A stretch of 64,000 bases of DNA. It comes from Bacteroidota bacterium. Its GTDB lineage: Bacteria; Bacteroidota; Bacteroidia; Bacteroidales; Paludibacteraceae. Both the position numbers and the translations under genes were made by a program. The notes beneath the pieces are model-generated. The model was not told where the DNA came from and ran no database searches. It saw only the letters and a program-made list of their open reading frames with translations. Within the stretch, counting starts at the first letter, position 1, and the number at the start of each line of letters is the position of its first letter. The stretch lies in NCBI GenBank assembly GCA_017860295.1, contig JAFNAS010000010.1, positions 4,151-68,150 of the forward strand, given 5' to 3'. Shown here in pieces: positions 1 through 10,787 of this stretch.

Positions 1-2
1 GC

Positions 3-722
3 GATTTGGTTCGCACCATTATTGTCGATAGTACGGTAACCTGCCGTATGAAGCGTGCAAACGTTATTTCAAACGATAAGATCCGTCCGGGCGATGTGGT
101 TGTCGGCCTCTCATCGAGTGGCAAGGCAATCTACGAAGACGGTTACAATGGCGGTATGGGTAGCAACGGACTGACCTCTGCCCGTCACGATATTTTTGCT
201 TATTACCTCGCTGAAAAATACCCGGAGAGCTACGATGCCAGCATGCCTACCGGACTGGCTTATTCCGGGTCAAAACAACTGACCGATGAGATTAAGCATG
301 TAGGCATGGATGCCGGTAAGCTGGTGTTGTCGCCTACGCGTACCTATGCGCCGATTATCCGCGATATTCTGGAACATCACCGCGAACATATTCACGGAAT
401 GGTTCATTGTTCGGGTGGCGCTCAAACAAAAGTGCTTCATTTTATCGATAATCTTCATGTTATAAAAGACAATCTCTTCCCGGTACCTCCGTTGTTCGAA
501 ATGATTCAGGCAGAGTCTCAAGCTGATTGGAAGGAGATGTACAAGGTCTTCAACATGGGGCATCGTATGGAAATTTATCTCGATTCCGAATGGGCTGAAG
601 ATGTCATTATTCTTTCCGAAAAGTATAATGTCGATGCGCAGATCATCGGGCATGTGGAAGCTTCCGATGGAGCTAAGGTGACCATTCGTAGCGATAAGGG
701 CGTATTCAAATATACGAAATAA
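3..722 (+). CDS. purM: Phosphoribosylformylglycinamidine cyclo-ligase (Bacteroidetes-type AIR synthase), 5'-truncated by the window edge
   Basis: Motifs GLSSSG, GMGSNGLTSARHD, VLSPTRTYAP, HCSGGAQTK, VFNMGHRMEIY. The frame is open to the window start. Confidence 0.9.
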   Translation, partial: DLVRTIIVDSTVTCRMKRANVISNDKIRPGDVVVGLSSSGKAIYEDGYNGGMGSNGLTSARHDIFAYYLAEKYPESYDASMPTGLAYSGSKQLTDEIKHVGMDAGKLVLSPTRTYAPIIRDILEHHREHIHGMVHCSGGAQTKVLHFIDNLHVIKDNLFPVPPLFEMIQAESQADWKEMYKVFNMGHRMEIYLDSEWAEDVIILSEKYNVDAQIIGHVEASDGAKVTIRSDKGVFKYTK

Positions 723-769
723 GAGCCGTTGGCTCATTTTGTGTAACTCAGCGCTGAAAACGGAAGCTT

Positions 770-1684
770 ATGGAAAAGATGAATTTAACCATATTGGGGT
801 GTAATTCGGCGCTGCCTTCTATCAATAGCTTTCAGACTTCGCAGTTGCTGTCGCTTCGCGAAAAACAGTTTATGATCGACTGTGGCGAAGGGGCTCAGAT
901 TCGCCTTCGTCAGCTCAAAATCAAAGCTTCGCGGCTGAATCATATCTTTATTTCACATCTTCATGGCGATCACTGTTTCGGGTTGATCGGACTCATTTCG
1001 TCGCTGGGCATGTTGGGCCGCACTTCCGATTTGGTGATTCATTCGCATTCCGATTTGGTTGGAATTTTGCAGCCTCAAATAGACTATTACTGTGCGGATG
1101 CCGGATATAAAGTGGTTTTCGAACCGTTCAATCCGAGGCAACATGCACTTATTTATGAAGATCGTTCGTTGCAGGTTTTTTCTATTCCGCTGAAACACCG
1201 TGTGCCTACCGCCGGATTCCTGTTTTCCGAAAAAGAGAAAGAGCGTCATATCATTCGTGAAATGATCGATTTTTACCGGATTTCGGTTCGGGAAATTGCC
1301 CGTATCAAGCAGGGCGATGATTTTGTGCGTGAGGATGGTGAGATTGTACCGAACGACCGCTTGACTACAGCGCCTAATCCGGTGCGTAAATATGCCTATT
1401 GTTCCGATACGGCCTATTCGGAAAAAATTGTTCCGATTATCGAAGGTGTCGATCTTTTGTACCACGAGGCCACGTTTATGCAGAGTGAAATTGTGAGGGC
1501 GAAAGAGACGGCTCACTCTTCGGCACAGCAGGCTGCCGAAATTGCCAAAGCCGCTCATGTTAAGAAACTTATTATCGGCCACTATTCGGCTCGTTACGAT
1601 AATCCGAACGGTCTTTTGGCCGAAGCCCGGGCCGTTTTTCCCGACACGCAACTGGCTTTTGACGGAATGCGGCTCGAGGTCTGA
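770..1684 (+). CDS. rnz: Ribonuclease Z
   Basis: LTILGCNSALP, DCGEGAQ, metallo-beta-lactamase motif SHLHGDH, YCSDT, YHEATF, HSSA, GHYSARY. Confidence 0.95.
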   Translation: MEKMNLTILGCNSALPSINSFQTSQLLSLREKQFMIDCGEGAQIRLRQLKIKASRLNHIFISHLHGDHCFGLIGLISSLGMLGRTSDLVIHSHSDLVGILQPQIDYYCADAGYKVVFEPFNPRQHALIYEDRSLQVFSIPLKHRVPTAGFLFSEKEKERHIIREMIDFYRISVREIARIKQGDDFVREDGEIVPNDRLTTAPNPVRKYAYCSDTAYSEKIVPIIEGVDLLYHEATFMQSEIVRAKETAHSSAQQAAEIAKAAHVKKLIIGHYSARYDNPNGLLAEARAVFPDTQLAFDGMRLEV

Positions 1685-1690
1685 TTTTTT

Positions 1691-1781
1691 ATTCCAAAAA
1701 TTCAGATTCCAAAATTCAAAATAGAGAGGAAACAAAGTATATTTGTTGTTCCGGAATCTTGAAATGGTGAATTCTGGAATC
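1691..1781. repeat. Inverted pair of degenerate 7-mer tandem repeats
   Basis: Left 1691-1722 attccaa/aaattca/gattcca/aaattca. Right 1751-1781 reads gattcca/gaattca/(c)catttca/agattcc on the minus strand. Confidence 0.7.
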
Positions 1782-1815
1782 GTTGTTTTGTAATTTTTCA
1801 ATCGTAAATAAATAT

Positions 1816-2634
1816 ATGGAACAGAATCCTTTTCAGCGCCGGCCACAGTCGCGCAGCAACTCAAAACCTAATCCTTTTCGTCCCAAATGGGAACACCGGC
1901 CTCCCAGTTCGGATTTGATTTTCGGTATCCGTGCCGTCATCGAAGCGCTCGAAGCCGGGAAAGAGGTGGATAAAATTTTGATAAGAAGAGAGTTGTCGAG
2001 CGATCTGGCAAAAGAACTTTTTGCTGTTCTGCAGGGACGCAATGTGCCGGTGCAGCGTGTTCCGGTTGAAAAACTGAATGCAATTACCCAGAAGAACCAT
2101 CAGGGCGTGATTGCCTACGCGGCAGCTATCGAGTATCAGCAGATTTCCAACATTATTCCGGCATTGTACGAAGAGGGAAAGAATCCGTTGGTAGTGGTGC
2201 TTGACGGGGTAACCGATATTCGCAACTTCGGAGCTATTGCCCGTACGTGCGAATGTGCAGGCGTAAATGCCATTGTGGTGCCGTCGCGGGGTGGTGCCGC
2301 CGCGAATGCCGATGCCATCAAAACTTCGGCAGGAGCATTGCACGTTATTCCTGTTTGCCGTGAAAATAGTCTGCTGGATGCTGTCAAATTTCTGAAAAGT
2401 TCGGGACTGAGAGTGATAGCTGCTACCGAAAAAGCGGCAAAAGATTTTACGGCGATTTCATATAAAGAGCCGATCGCTATTGTGATGGGGTCGGAGGATG
2501 TCGGAATTTCCGATGAAATACTTCGCTTGTGCGATGAACTGGTGTCAATTCCTGTGTTGGGAACCATTGCTTCGTTGAATGTTTCGGTAGCTGCCGGAGT
2601 ATTGATTTATGAAGCGGTAAAACAGCGTCGCTAA
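1816..2634 (+). CDS. rlmB: 23S rRNA (Gm2251) 2'-O-methyltransferase, SpoU/TrmH family
   Basis: IFGIRAVIEAL, KNHQGVIA, LDGVTDIRNFGAIART, MGSED, SLNVSVA. The ATG at 1816 is preferred over the track's TTG at 1783. Confidence 0.93.
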   Translation: MEQNPFQRRPQSRSNSKPNPFRPKWEHRPPSSDLIFGIRAVIEALEAGKEVDKILIRRELSSDLAKELFAVLQGRNVPVQRVPVEKLNAITQKNHQGVIAYAAAIEYQQISNIIPALYEEGKNPLVVVLDGVTDIRNFGAIARTCECAGVNAIVVPSRGGAAANADAIKTSAGALHVIPVCRENSLLDAVKFLKSSGLRVIAATEKAAKDFTAISYKEPIAIVMGSEDVGISDEILRLCDELVSIPVLGTIASLNVSVAAGVLIYEAVKQRR

Positions 2635-2649
2635 TGTAGGCACAATGAT

Positions 2650-2693
2650 AAAATACAAATGACTGATTCAAAAGAATCAGTCATTTGTATTTT
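2650..2693. terminator. Perfect 20-bp inverted repeat between convergent rlmB and tetR; probable bidirectional terminator
   Basis: aaaatacaaatgactgattc (2650-2669), loop aaaa, gaatcagtcatttgtatttt (2674-2693). Confidence 0.75.
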
Positions 2694-3321
2694 CTGGAAA
2701 TTGTTTTTCTTCCCTGTTTTGTTTGGGAATCAGAATGCCGTGCATAAAGGCATTGATAATAAATCGTTTGTTGTATTTCATTTTTTCGCTTACCCTGTCG
2801 CGTACGTAGGGGGTTTCAATTCCCCGGAGTGCGTAATGGAATATTTGAGCCGAAAGCTCGGCATCGTGCAGATTGAAATATCCTTTCTCTTTTCCTTCCT
2901 GAAAAATTCCGACCAGAAGCTTAATCTCTTTGATGTCGAAACGACGGCGAGCCTTCTCCACTTCGTAAATGTCGCGGAAAAAATCGGACCGTAGCGAACC
3001 GTTGCGGGTGATGGATTCTTTAACGGCATCTAAGCGTGTGAAGATATACTCAGCCAGTTTTTTATCGGGAGGAATATCCAGCGCGGCAACTTTTTGCAGT
3101 TTCTCATTCAGAATGTTGAGCTCTTGTTCGATTACCGCCAGATAAATCTGATCTTTATTGCTGAAATAGGTATAAAGCGTGCGTCTGCCTTTGTTGGAGG
3201 CATTAGCAATGTCGTTCATCGTGGTGTTTGCCTTTCCCCATTTGGCAAAAAGCATCCGGGCGACATCTACAAGCATGGCGCGCGTTTTTTGTCCTGTAAG
3301 AGAAGCTATGGATGGCATCAT
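2677..3321 (-). CDS. TetR/AcrR family transcriptional regulator
   Basis: N-terminal HTH LVDVARMLFAKWGKANTTMNDIANASNKGRRTLYTYFSNKDQI. Confidence 0.9.
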   Translation of the reverse strand: MMPSIASLTGQKTRAMLVDVARMLFAKWGKANTTMNDIANASNKGRRTLYTYFSNKDQIYLAVIEQELNILNEKLQKVAALDIPPDKKLAEYIFTRLDAVKESITRNGSLRSDFFRDIYEVEKARRRFDIKEIKLLVGIFQEGKEKGYFNLHDAELSAQIFHYALRGIETPYVRDRVSEKMKYNKRFIINAFMHGILIPKQNREEKQFPENTND

Positions 3322-3345
3322 TTAATTTAGTTTCGATTGTTTGCG

Positions 3346-3353
3346 CAAAAATA
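3346..3353 (-). promoter_or_regulatory. -7 promoter element for tetR
   Basis: TATTTTTG on the minus strand matches TAnnTTTG, 25 bp upstream of the start. Confidence 0.5.
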
Positions 3354-3524
3354 ATAAATTTGAGCAGAATTGCTACAGTTGAGCCTTAAAATATTTAGTT
3401 AAAAAAGATTGAAAGCATTTGGGGTGAGTCAATTGGTCTACCAAATGACTTGCAGAACGATAAATAGGTCTATTTTTTGACTGTTTTCGTCTCAATATGA
3501 GTATTTTTTTTGAGAATAAATTAC

Positions 3525-3532
3525 TACATTTG
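3525..3532 (+). promoter_or_regulatory. -7 promoter element for kduI-kduD-DUF4861
   Basis: TACATTTG matches TAnnTTTG, ~90 bp upstream of kduI. Confidence 0.6.
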
Positions 3533-3622
3533 CGTACTGGAAAACCAATTTTTTATCATACGCAGGATAAAATGATGCTTTTGCTGGCTTCGTTTTATTT
3601 TCAAATCAACAAATAAAAACAA

Positions 3623-4465
3623 ATGAAAACTAACTATGAAATTCGTTATGCAGCTCATCCTGAGGATGCAAAGCATTACGATACAACACGCCTTCGTAAA
3701 GAACACCTGATTGAAACTCTGTTTGTGGCTAATGAAGTGAATCTGGTTTACACCATGTACGATCGTTTGATTGTGGGTGGTGCAATGCCGGTTGGCGAAA
3801 AATTGAAGCTGGAAGCAATTGATCCGCTTAAAATGCCCCATTTCCTGTCGCGTCGCGAACTTGGAATATTTAACGTGGGCGATAACGGAAAAGTAATTGT
3901 CGATGGTGTCGTGTTCGAATTGGGTTATAAAGAGGCTTTGTATCTGGGTATGGGCGACCGTGAAGTCTATTTTGAAAGCGTAAATGCTGCGTCTCCTGCC
4001 AAGTTTTATTTCAACTCTACACCGGCTCATCAGACGTATCCCGACAAAAAGGTAACCAAAGCCGATGCCGTGGTTGCCGAGATGGGTGCGCTTGAAACCT
4101 CCAATCACCGAAATATCAACAAAATGCTGGTAAATCAAATACTACCTACCTGTCAGTTGCAAATGGGTATGACCGAATTGCAGCCGGGCAGCGTCTGGAA
4201 TACCATGCCGGCTCACATTCACAGCCGTCGTATGGAGGCTTATTTCTATTTTGAAGTGCCCGAAGGTCAGGCGGTTTGTCACTTTATGGGCGAACCTACC
4301 GAAACACGTCACATCTGGATGAAAGGCGATCAGGCGGTGATCTCTCCGCAATGGTCGATCCACTCGGCAGCAGCAACCGCTAACTACACCTTCATTTGGG
4401 GTATGGGCGGCGAGAATGTCGATTACGGCGATCAGGATTTCTTCAAAATAGAAGAGCTTCGATAA
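3623..4465 (+). CDS. kduI: 4-deoxy-L-threo-5-hexosulose-uronate ketol-isomerase
   Basis: YTMYDRLIVGGAMP, RRELGIFNVG, CQLQMGMTEL, WNTMPAHIHSRRMEAYFYF, WSIHS, WGMGGEN. Confidence 0.96.
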   Translation: MKTNYEIRYAAHPEDAKHYDTTRLRKEHLIETLFVANEVNLVYTMYDRLIVGGAMPVGEKLKLEAIDPLKMPHFLSRRELGIFNVGDNGKVIVDGVVFELGYKEALYLGMGDREVYFESVNAASPAKFYFNSTPAHQTYPDKKVTKADAVVAEMGALETSNHRNINKMLVNQILPTCQLQMGMTELQPGSVWNTMPAHIHSRRMEAYFYFEVPEGQAVCHFMGEPTETRHIWMKGDQAVISPQWSIHSAAATANYTFIWGMGGENVDYGDQDFFKIEELR

Positions 4466-4501
4466 TTACTAACTAATACATTAAATCAAATATTTACGAC
4501 A

Positions 4502-5284
4502 ATGGCAGATCAATTTTCACTCAAAGGAAAAGTCGCGTTGGTGACCGGCGCTTCTTACGGTATTGGGATGGCTATCGCCAAGGCTTTTGCAGCAGCAGGC
4601 GCTACCATTACTTTTAACGACATCAAACAGGAACTTGTTGAGAAAGGAGTTGAAGAGTACAAAAAGAGCGGCATCGAAGCTCACGGTTATGTTTGCGATG
4701 TAACCAACGAGGATCAGGTGGATGCTATGGTGGCTCAGATTGCCAAAGAGGTGGGCGTGATTGATATTCTGGTGAACAATGCCGGTATTATTAAACGTAT
4801 CCCGATGATTGAAATGAAAGCTTCGGAATTCCGCCAGGTGATCGATGTGGATCTCAATGCTCCGTTTATCGTTTCGAAAGCGGTTATTCCCGGAATGATT
4901 CAAAAAGGCGGCGGTAAAATTATCAACATCTGCTCCATGATGAGCGAACTGGGACGTGAAACCGTTTCGGCTTATGCGGCTGCCAAAGGCGGTTTGAAGA
5001 TGCTTACCCGCAACATCGCCTCGGAATATGGCGAATACAATATTCAGTGTAACGGTATCGGCCCGGGTTATATTGCAACTCCTCAGACTGCACCCTTGCG
5101 CGAAGAAGGTCACCCCTTCAACTCATTCATTATTGCCAAGACTCCGGCTGCCCGTTGGGGAACACCCGAAGATCTTCAGGGTCCTGCCGTATTCCTCGCT
5201 TCCAGTGCATCCGACTTTGTAAACGGGCACGTGTTGTATGTCGACGGCGGTATTTTGGCTTACATCGGCAAGCAACCCAAATAA
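4502..5284 (+). CDS. kduD: Gluconate 5-dehydrogenase / 2-deoxy-D-gluconate 3-dehydrogenase (SDR, KduD role)
   Basis: TGASYGIG, NNAG, catalytic YAAAKGG, directly downstream of kduI. Confidence 0.85.
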   Translation: MADQFSLKGKVALVTGASYGIGMAIAKAFAAAGATITFNDIKQELVEKGVEEYKKSGIEAHGYVCDVTNEDQVDAMVAQIAKEVGVIDILVNNAGIIKRIPMIEMKASEFRQVIDVDLNAPFIVSKAVIPGMIQKGGGKIINICSMMSELGRETVSAYAAAKGGLKMLTRNIASEYGEYNIQCNGIGPGYIATPQTAPLREEGHPFNSFIIAKTPAARWGTPEDLQGPAVFLASSASDFVNGHVLYVDGGILAYIGKQPK

Positions 5285-5305
5285 CTGTTTTATAAATTTC
5301 ATTGC

Positions 5306-5360
5306 AACAGAATCAAGCAACAGCCGGTCTTATCCGGTTGTTTGTCTTGATTCTTCTGTT
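5306..5360 (+). other. Long intergenic stem-loop between kduD and the DUF4861 gene
   Basis: aacagaatcaagcaacagccgg pairs with ccggttgtttgtcttgattcttctgtt. Confidence 0.6.
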
Positions 5361-5383
5361 TTGAGGTTAATATCCATAACATT

Positions 5384-6514
5384 ATGAAGAAAATTATAGT
5401 TGCATTGGCAGCCGTGTTGTTTGTTGCAACAGGGTTTGCTGCTTCGTTGAAGGTAACGGTAACCAATTCGTTGGGTTTTGATCGAAACAAAGAGATCGTC
5501 TCGGTTGGCATGGCAGCGGTGAAACAAAAACTGGGAACTGATGCCAAAAGTTTTATCGTGGTGGATGCTAAGGGTGCTCAGGTGCCTTATCAGGTAACGG
5601 CCAATAAACTGACGCTCATTTTTCCGGCAACGGTGAAAGCCAACAGTTCGGCGGTGTATGAGATCAAGGCCGGCACTCCCGAAAAGTTCGCAGCTAAAAC
5701 CTTCGGACGCTTTGTGCCTGAACGCAAGGATGATTTTGCCTGGGAAAGCGACCGTATTGCTTTCCGCATGTACGGCCCGAAACTGGCCAACGAAAATCCC
5801 AGCAACGGAGTGGACGTTTGGCTAAAAAAGACAGAAGCGTTGATTGTGGATAAGTTTTACTACAACGACCTCCAAAAGGGAATTCACTATCACGTGGACA
5901 ACGGCGAAGGACTCGATTGTTACAAAGTGGCTCACACGTTGGGTGCCGGTGGTATTGCTCCCTATACCGATTCTACGCTTTGGGTGCAGAATCAGTACAG
6001 CACGTGGAAAGTGATTGAAAACGGTCCGTTGCGCACCACTTTCCAGTTGACCTATGACTCGGTGAAGGTAGGTAAAACTTGGTTGAAAGAGTACTATACT
6101 GTTTCAATCGATGCAGGTTCGCAGCTGAACAAAGCTGTTGTGTCGTATATGGGTAAAATTCCTGCCGGAATGAAACTGGCCACCGGACTCTTCTTGCATG
6201 ACAAAAAAGGTGTTTCTAAAATAGATGCCAAAGCCGGTTATATTGGTTACGGAGAGGTGGCAACTTCCGATGCCGGTGTTCCTGCCGGACGCGATTATGT
6301 GGGAGCCGTCCTCGGAAGCGGGAAGATGCTTTCCGGTAAGTTGCAGGGCGATCACGTACTTGCTTTTGCCAACTACAAACCCGGCACCAAATTTACCTAT
6401 TACTTCGGCGCAGGCTGGAGCCAATGGGGTTTTCCCAATGACCAGGCCTGGTTCGATTACCTGCGTGACTTTAGCCTGAAATTGCAGAACCCGTTACGAG
6501 TGACAGCGAAATAA
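5384..6514 (+). CDS. DUF4861-family secreted protein
   Basis: Signal peptide; RFVPERKDDFAWESDRIAFRMYGP, GVDVWLK, YHVDNGEGLDCYKV, LGAGG, GPLRTTFQLTY, YYFGAGWS. Confidence 0.8.
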   Translation: MKKIIVALAAVLFVATGFAASLKVTVTNSLGFDRNKEIVSVGMAAVKQKLGTDAKSFIVVDAKGAQVPYQVTANKLTLIFPATVKANSSAVYEIKAGTPEKFAAKTFGRFVPERKDDFAWESDRIAFRMYGPKLANENPSNGVDVWLKKTEALIVDKFYYNDLQKGIHYHVDNGEGLDCYKVAHTLGAGGIAPYTDSTLWVQNQYSTWKVIENGPLRTTFQLTYDSVKVGKTWLKEYYTVSIDAGSQLNKAVVSYMGKIPAGMKLATGLFLHDKKGVSKIDAKAGYIGYGEVATSDAGVPAGRDYVGAVLGSGKMLSGKLQGDHVLAFANYKPGTKFTYYFGAGWSQWGFPNDQAWFDYLRDFSLKLQNPLRVTAK

Positions 6515-6537
6515 TTACAGTCGTGTTATAATAAGCG

Positions 6538-6572
6538 AAAGCCGTGCGGAATGAATTCTGCACGGCTTTTTT
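6538..6572 (+). terminator. Intrinsic terminator of the kdu operon
   Basis: aaagccgtgcggaat-ga-attctgcacggcttt followed by a T run. Confidence 0.85.
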
Positions 6573-6669
6573 GTCTTTGCCGAAATTTGATGTAATTTCG
6601 TTGAAGCAAAACGAATCCTCGTTGTAAAGAAATAAACGATATAAAATCAAATAATTAAACCATTTTACT

Positions 6670-7176
6670 ATGACTCCGGTTGTAAGCATTATTATGGGCA
6701 GTACCTCCGATTTGCCCGTTATGGAAAAAGCCGCCAAGGTTTTTGACGAGTTCCAGATTCCGTTCGAAATTCATGCCCTTTCGGCTCACCGTACCCCAAA
6801 AGAGGTGGAAGCATTTGCCACCGGTGCCCGCGAACGTGGCATCAAAGTGATTGTGGCTGCTGCCGGTATGGCGGCTCACCTCCCCGGCGTAATCGCCTCG
6901 ATGACTCCGCTGCCTGTGATCGGGGTACCTATCAACGCTTCGCTCGACGGTATGGATGCTCTGCTGGCCATCGTACAGATGCCTCCGGGTATTCCCGTGG
7001 CAACTGTCGGTATCAACGCTTCGATGAATGCGGCTCTGTTGGCAGTACAGATCTTAGCTTCAGGCGACGAAAGCCTGCAAACCAAACTGATCGACTACAA
7101 GGAAGGCCTGAAAAAGAAAATCGTGAAGGCCAACGAAGAGTTGAAAGAGGTGAAGTTTAAGTTTAAAACGAATTGA
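6670..7176 (+). CDS. purE: N5-carboxyaminoimidazole ribonucleotide mutase
   Basis: [40 protein letters not shown]. Confidence 0.97.
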   Translation: MTPVVSIIMGSTSDLPVMEKAAKVFDEFQIPFEIHALSAHRTPKEVEAFATGARERGIKVIVAAAGMAAHLPGVIASMTPLPVIGVPINASLDGMDALLAIVQMPPGIPVATVGINASMNAALLAVQILASGDESLQTKLIDYKEGLKKKIVKANEELKEVKFKFKTN

Positions 7177-9353
<2,177 letters not shown>

Positions 9354-9385
9354 CTTGCTATTTGGTGTAAAAGTGCGTACCTTTG
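9354..9385 (+). promoter_or_regulatory. Housekeeping promoter for DUF4783-nadC
   Basis: CTTG (9354-9357), 20-bp spacer, TACCTTTG (9378-9385). Confidence 0.65.
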
Positions 9386-9417
9386 CACTGCAATTTACAA
9401 TTCAAAAATAATATATT

Positions 9418-9813
9418 ATGAAGCGGTGTATTGCACTTTTATCGTTTGCCCTGTTCGTGCTCGTAAGTGCCCAGTTATGTGATGCTCAGAGCTTTGAAAA
9501 TCAGAGTGCGTCCATTGCCGCTGCTTTCAATGCCCGGAACGCAACCTCCCTGTCGGTCTATTTTTGTAACAGTGTGGAACTAGTGCTGCCCGGTGTCGAC
9601 AATACCTATCCAAAAGCTCAGGCTCGCAATCATGTTGCCGAATTCTTCGGGAAGCAACAGACAAAATCCTTTGAGGTACTCCATCAGGGATCGCGTGCTA
9701 CTGTCTCCTTTATTGTCGGGCAACTTACTACAATTACTTCCTCCTTCAGAGTAAATATGCTCTTTAAGAAAGAGGGAAATATTCTGAAAATATATCAATT
9801 ACGTATTGAATAA
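9418..9813 (+). CDS. DUF4783-family small secreted protein
   Basis: Signal peptide ending CDA|Q; IAAAFNARNATSLSVYF..SVEL, YPKAQA..FF, FEVLHQG, G.L.T...FRV. Typical nadC neighbour in Bacteroidetes. Confidence 0.75.
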   Translation: MKRCIALLSFALFVLVSAQLCDAQSFENQSASIAAAFNARNATSLSVYFCNSVELVLPGVDNTYPKAQARNHVAEFFGKQQTKSFEVLHQGSRATVSFIVGQLTTITSSFRVNMLFKKEGNILKIYQLRIE

Positions 9814-9833
9814 TAAGTTGGTGTTTGCCAATT

Positions 9834-9868
9834 GGCTACTGTCAACCAACTACTATCTACTGACTACT
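9834..9868 (+). repeat. Five degenerate 7-mer tandem repeats
   Basis: ggctact/gtcaacc/aactact/atctact/gactact immediately upstream of nadC. Confidence 0.65.
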
Positions 9869-9874
9869 TGAAAA

Positions 9875-10717
9875 ATGATTGACAACTTACACGAACAGAT
9901 TAAGATCTGGTTTGCCGAAGATATTGGCGATGGCGACCATACCTCACTTTCCTGTATTCCTGCTACAGCAACAGGAAAATCGCAGCTCATCATCAAAGAA
10001 AAAGGCGTTTTGGCCGGGGTCGAAATTGCCAAGGAAATATTCAAAGCCTTCGATCCGGAGCTTAAAATCGAAGTGTATATCAACGATGGTGCCGAGGTAA
10101 ATCCCGGTGATATCGCTTTTGTGGTGGAGGGAAAGGTTCTTTCTCTTTTGCAGACCGAACGCCTGATGCTGAACATTATGCAGCGCATGAGCGGCGTGGC
10201 TACCGTTACCCGTAAATATGTGAAACAGCTCGAAGGGCTGAAAACCCGCGTGCTCGATACCCGTAAAACCACTCCGGGTTTGCGTTTGTTGGAAAAAGAG
10301 GCTGTACATATCGGTGGCGGTGTCAATCACCGGATCGGTTTGTACGATATGATTCTGTTGAAGGATAATCATGTCGATTTTGCCGGCGGCATCGATAAGG
10401 CTATCATTTCGGCGCAGAACTATTTGAAAGAAAAGGGGAAATCGCTGAAAATCGAAATAGAGGTGCGCAGCTTCGACGAAATCAATCAGGTGTTGAAACT
10501 GGGAGGTGTCGATCGTATTATGCTCGATAATTTCTCTGTCGAAAATACGAAGAAGGCAGTCGAACTGATCGGCGGTCGTTTCGAAACCGAATCGTCGGGT
10601 GGAATTACTTTTGATACGCTTCGCGCTTATGCCGAATGCGGCGTCGACTATATTTCTGTCGGTGCGTTAACTCATTCGGTGAAGAGCCTCGATATGAGCT
10701 TCAAGGCGGTAAAATAA
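9875..10717 (+). CDS. nadC: Nicotinate-nucleotide pyrophosphorylase (carboxylating)
   Basis: EDIGDGDHT, ERLMLN, DTRKTTPG, HRIGLYDMILLKDNH, IMLDNF, SGGIT, ISVGALTHS. Confidence 0.97.
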   Translation: MIDNLHEQIKIWFAEDIGDGDHTSLSCIPATATGKSQLIIKEKGVLAGVEIAKEIFKAFDPELKIEVYINDGAEVNPGDIAFVVEGKVLSLLQTERLMLNIMQRMSGVATVTRKYVKQLEGLKTRVLDTRKTTPGLRLLEKEAVHIGGGVNHRIGLYDMILLKDNHVDFAGGIDKAIISAQNYLKEKGKSLKIEIEVRSFDEINQVLKLGGVDRIMLDNFSVENTKKAVELIGGRFETESSGGITFDTLRAYAECGVDYISVGALTHSVKSLDMSFKAVK

Positions 10718-10730
10718 TTGTTTATACAGT

Positions 10731-10768
10731 AAAAATCCGTCGCACACAATCTGTACGACGGATTTTTT
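10731..10768. terminator. Bidirectional terminator between nadC and gldF
   Basis: aaaaatccgtcg ... cgacggattttt, with an A run before and a T run after the stem. Confidence 0.85.
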
Positions 10769-10787
10769 GTCTTTTATATGGCTATCT

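Noticed and set aside
953-1864. 303-aa minus-strand ORF
   Set aside because: Antisense shadow of rnz, with no recognisable motifs.
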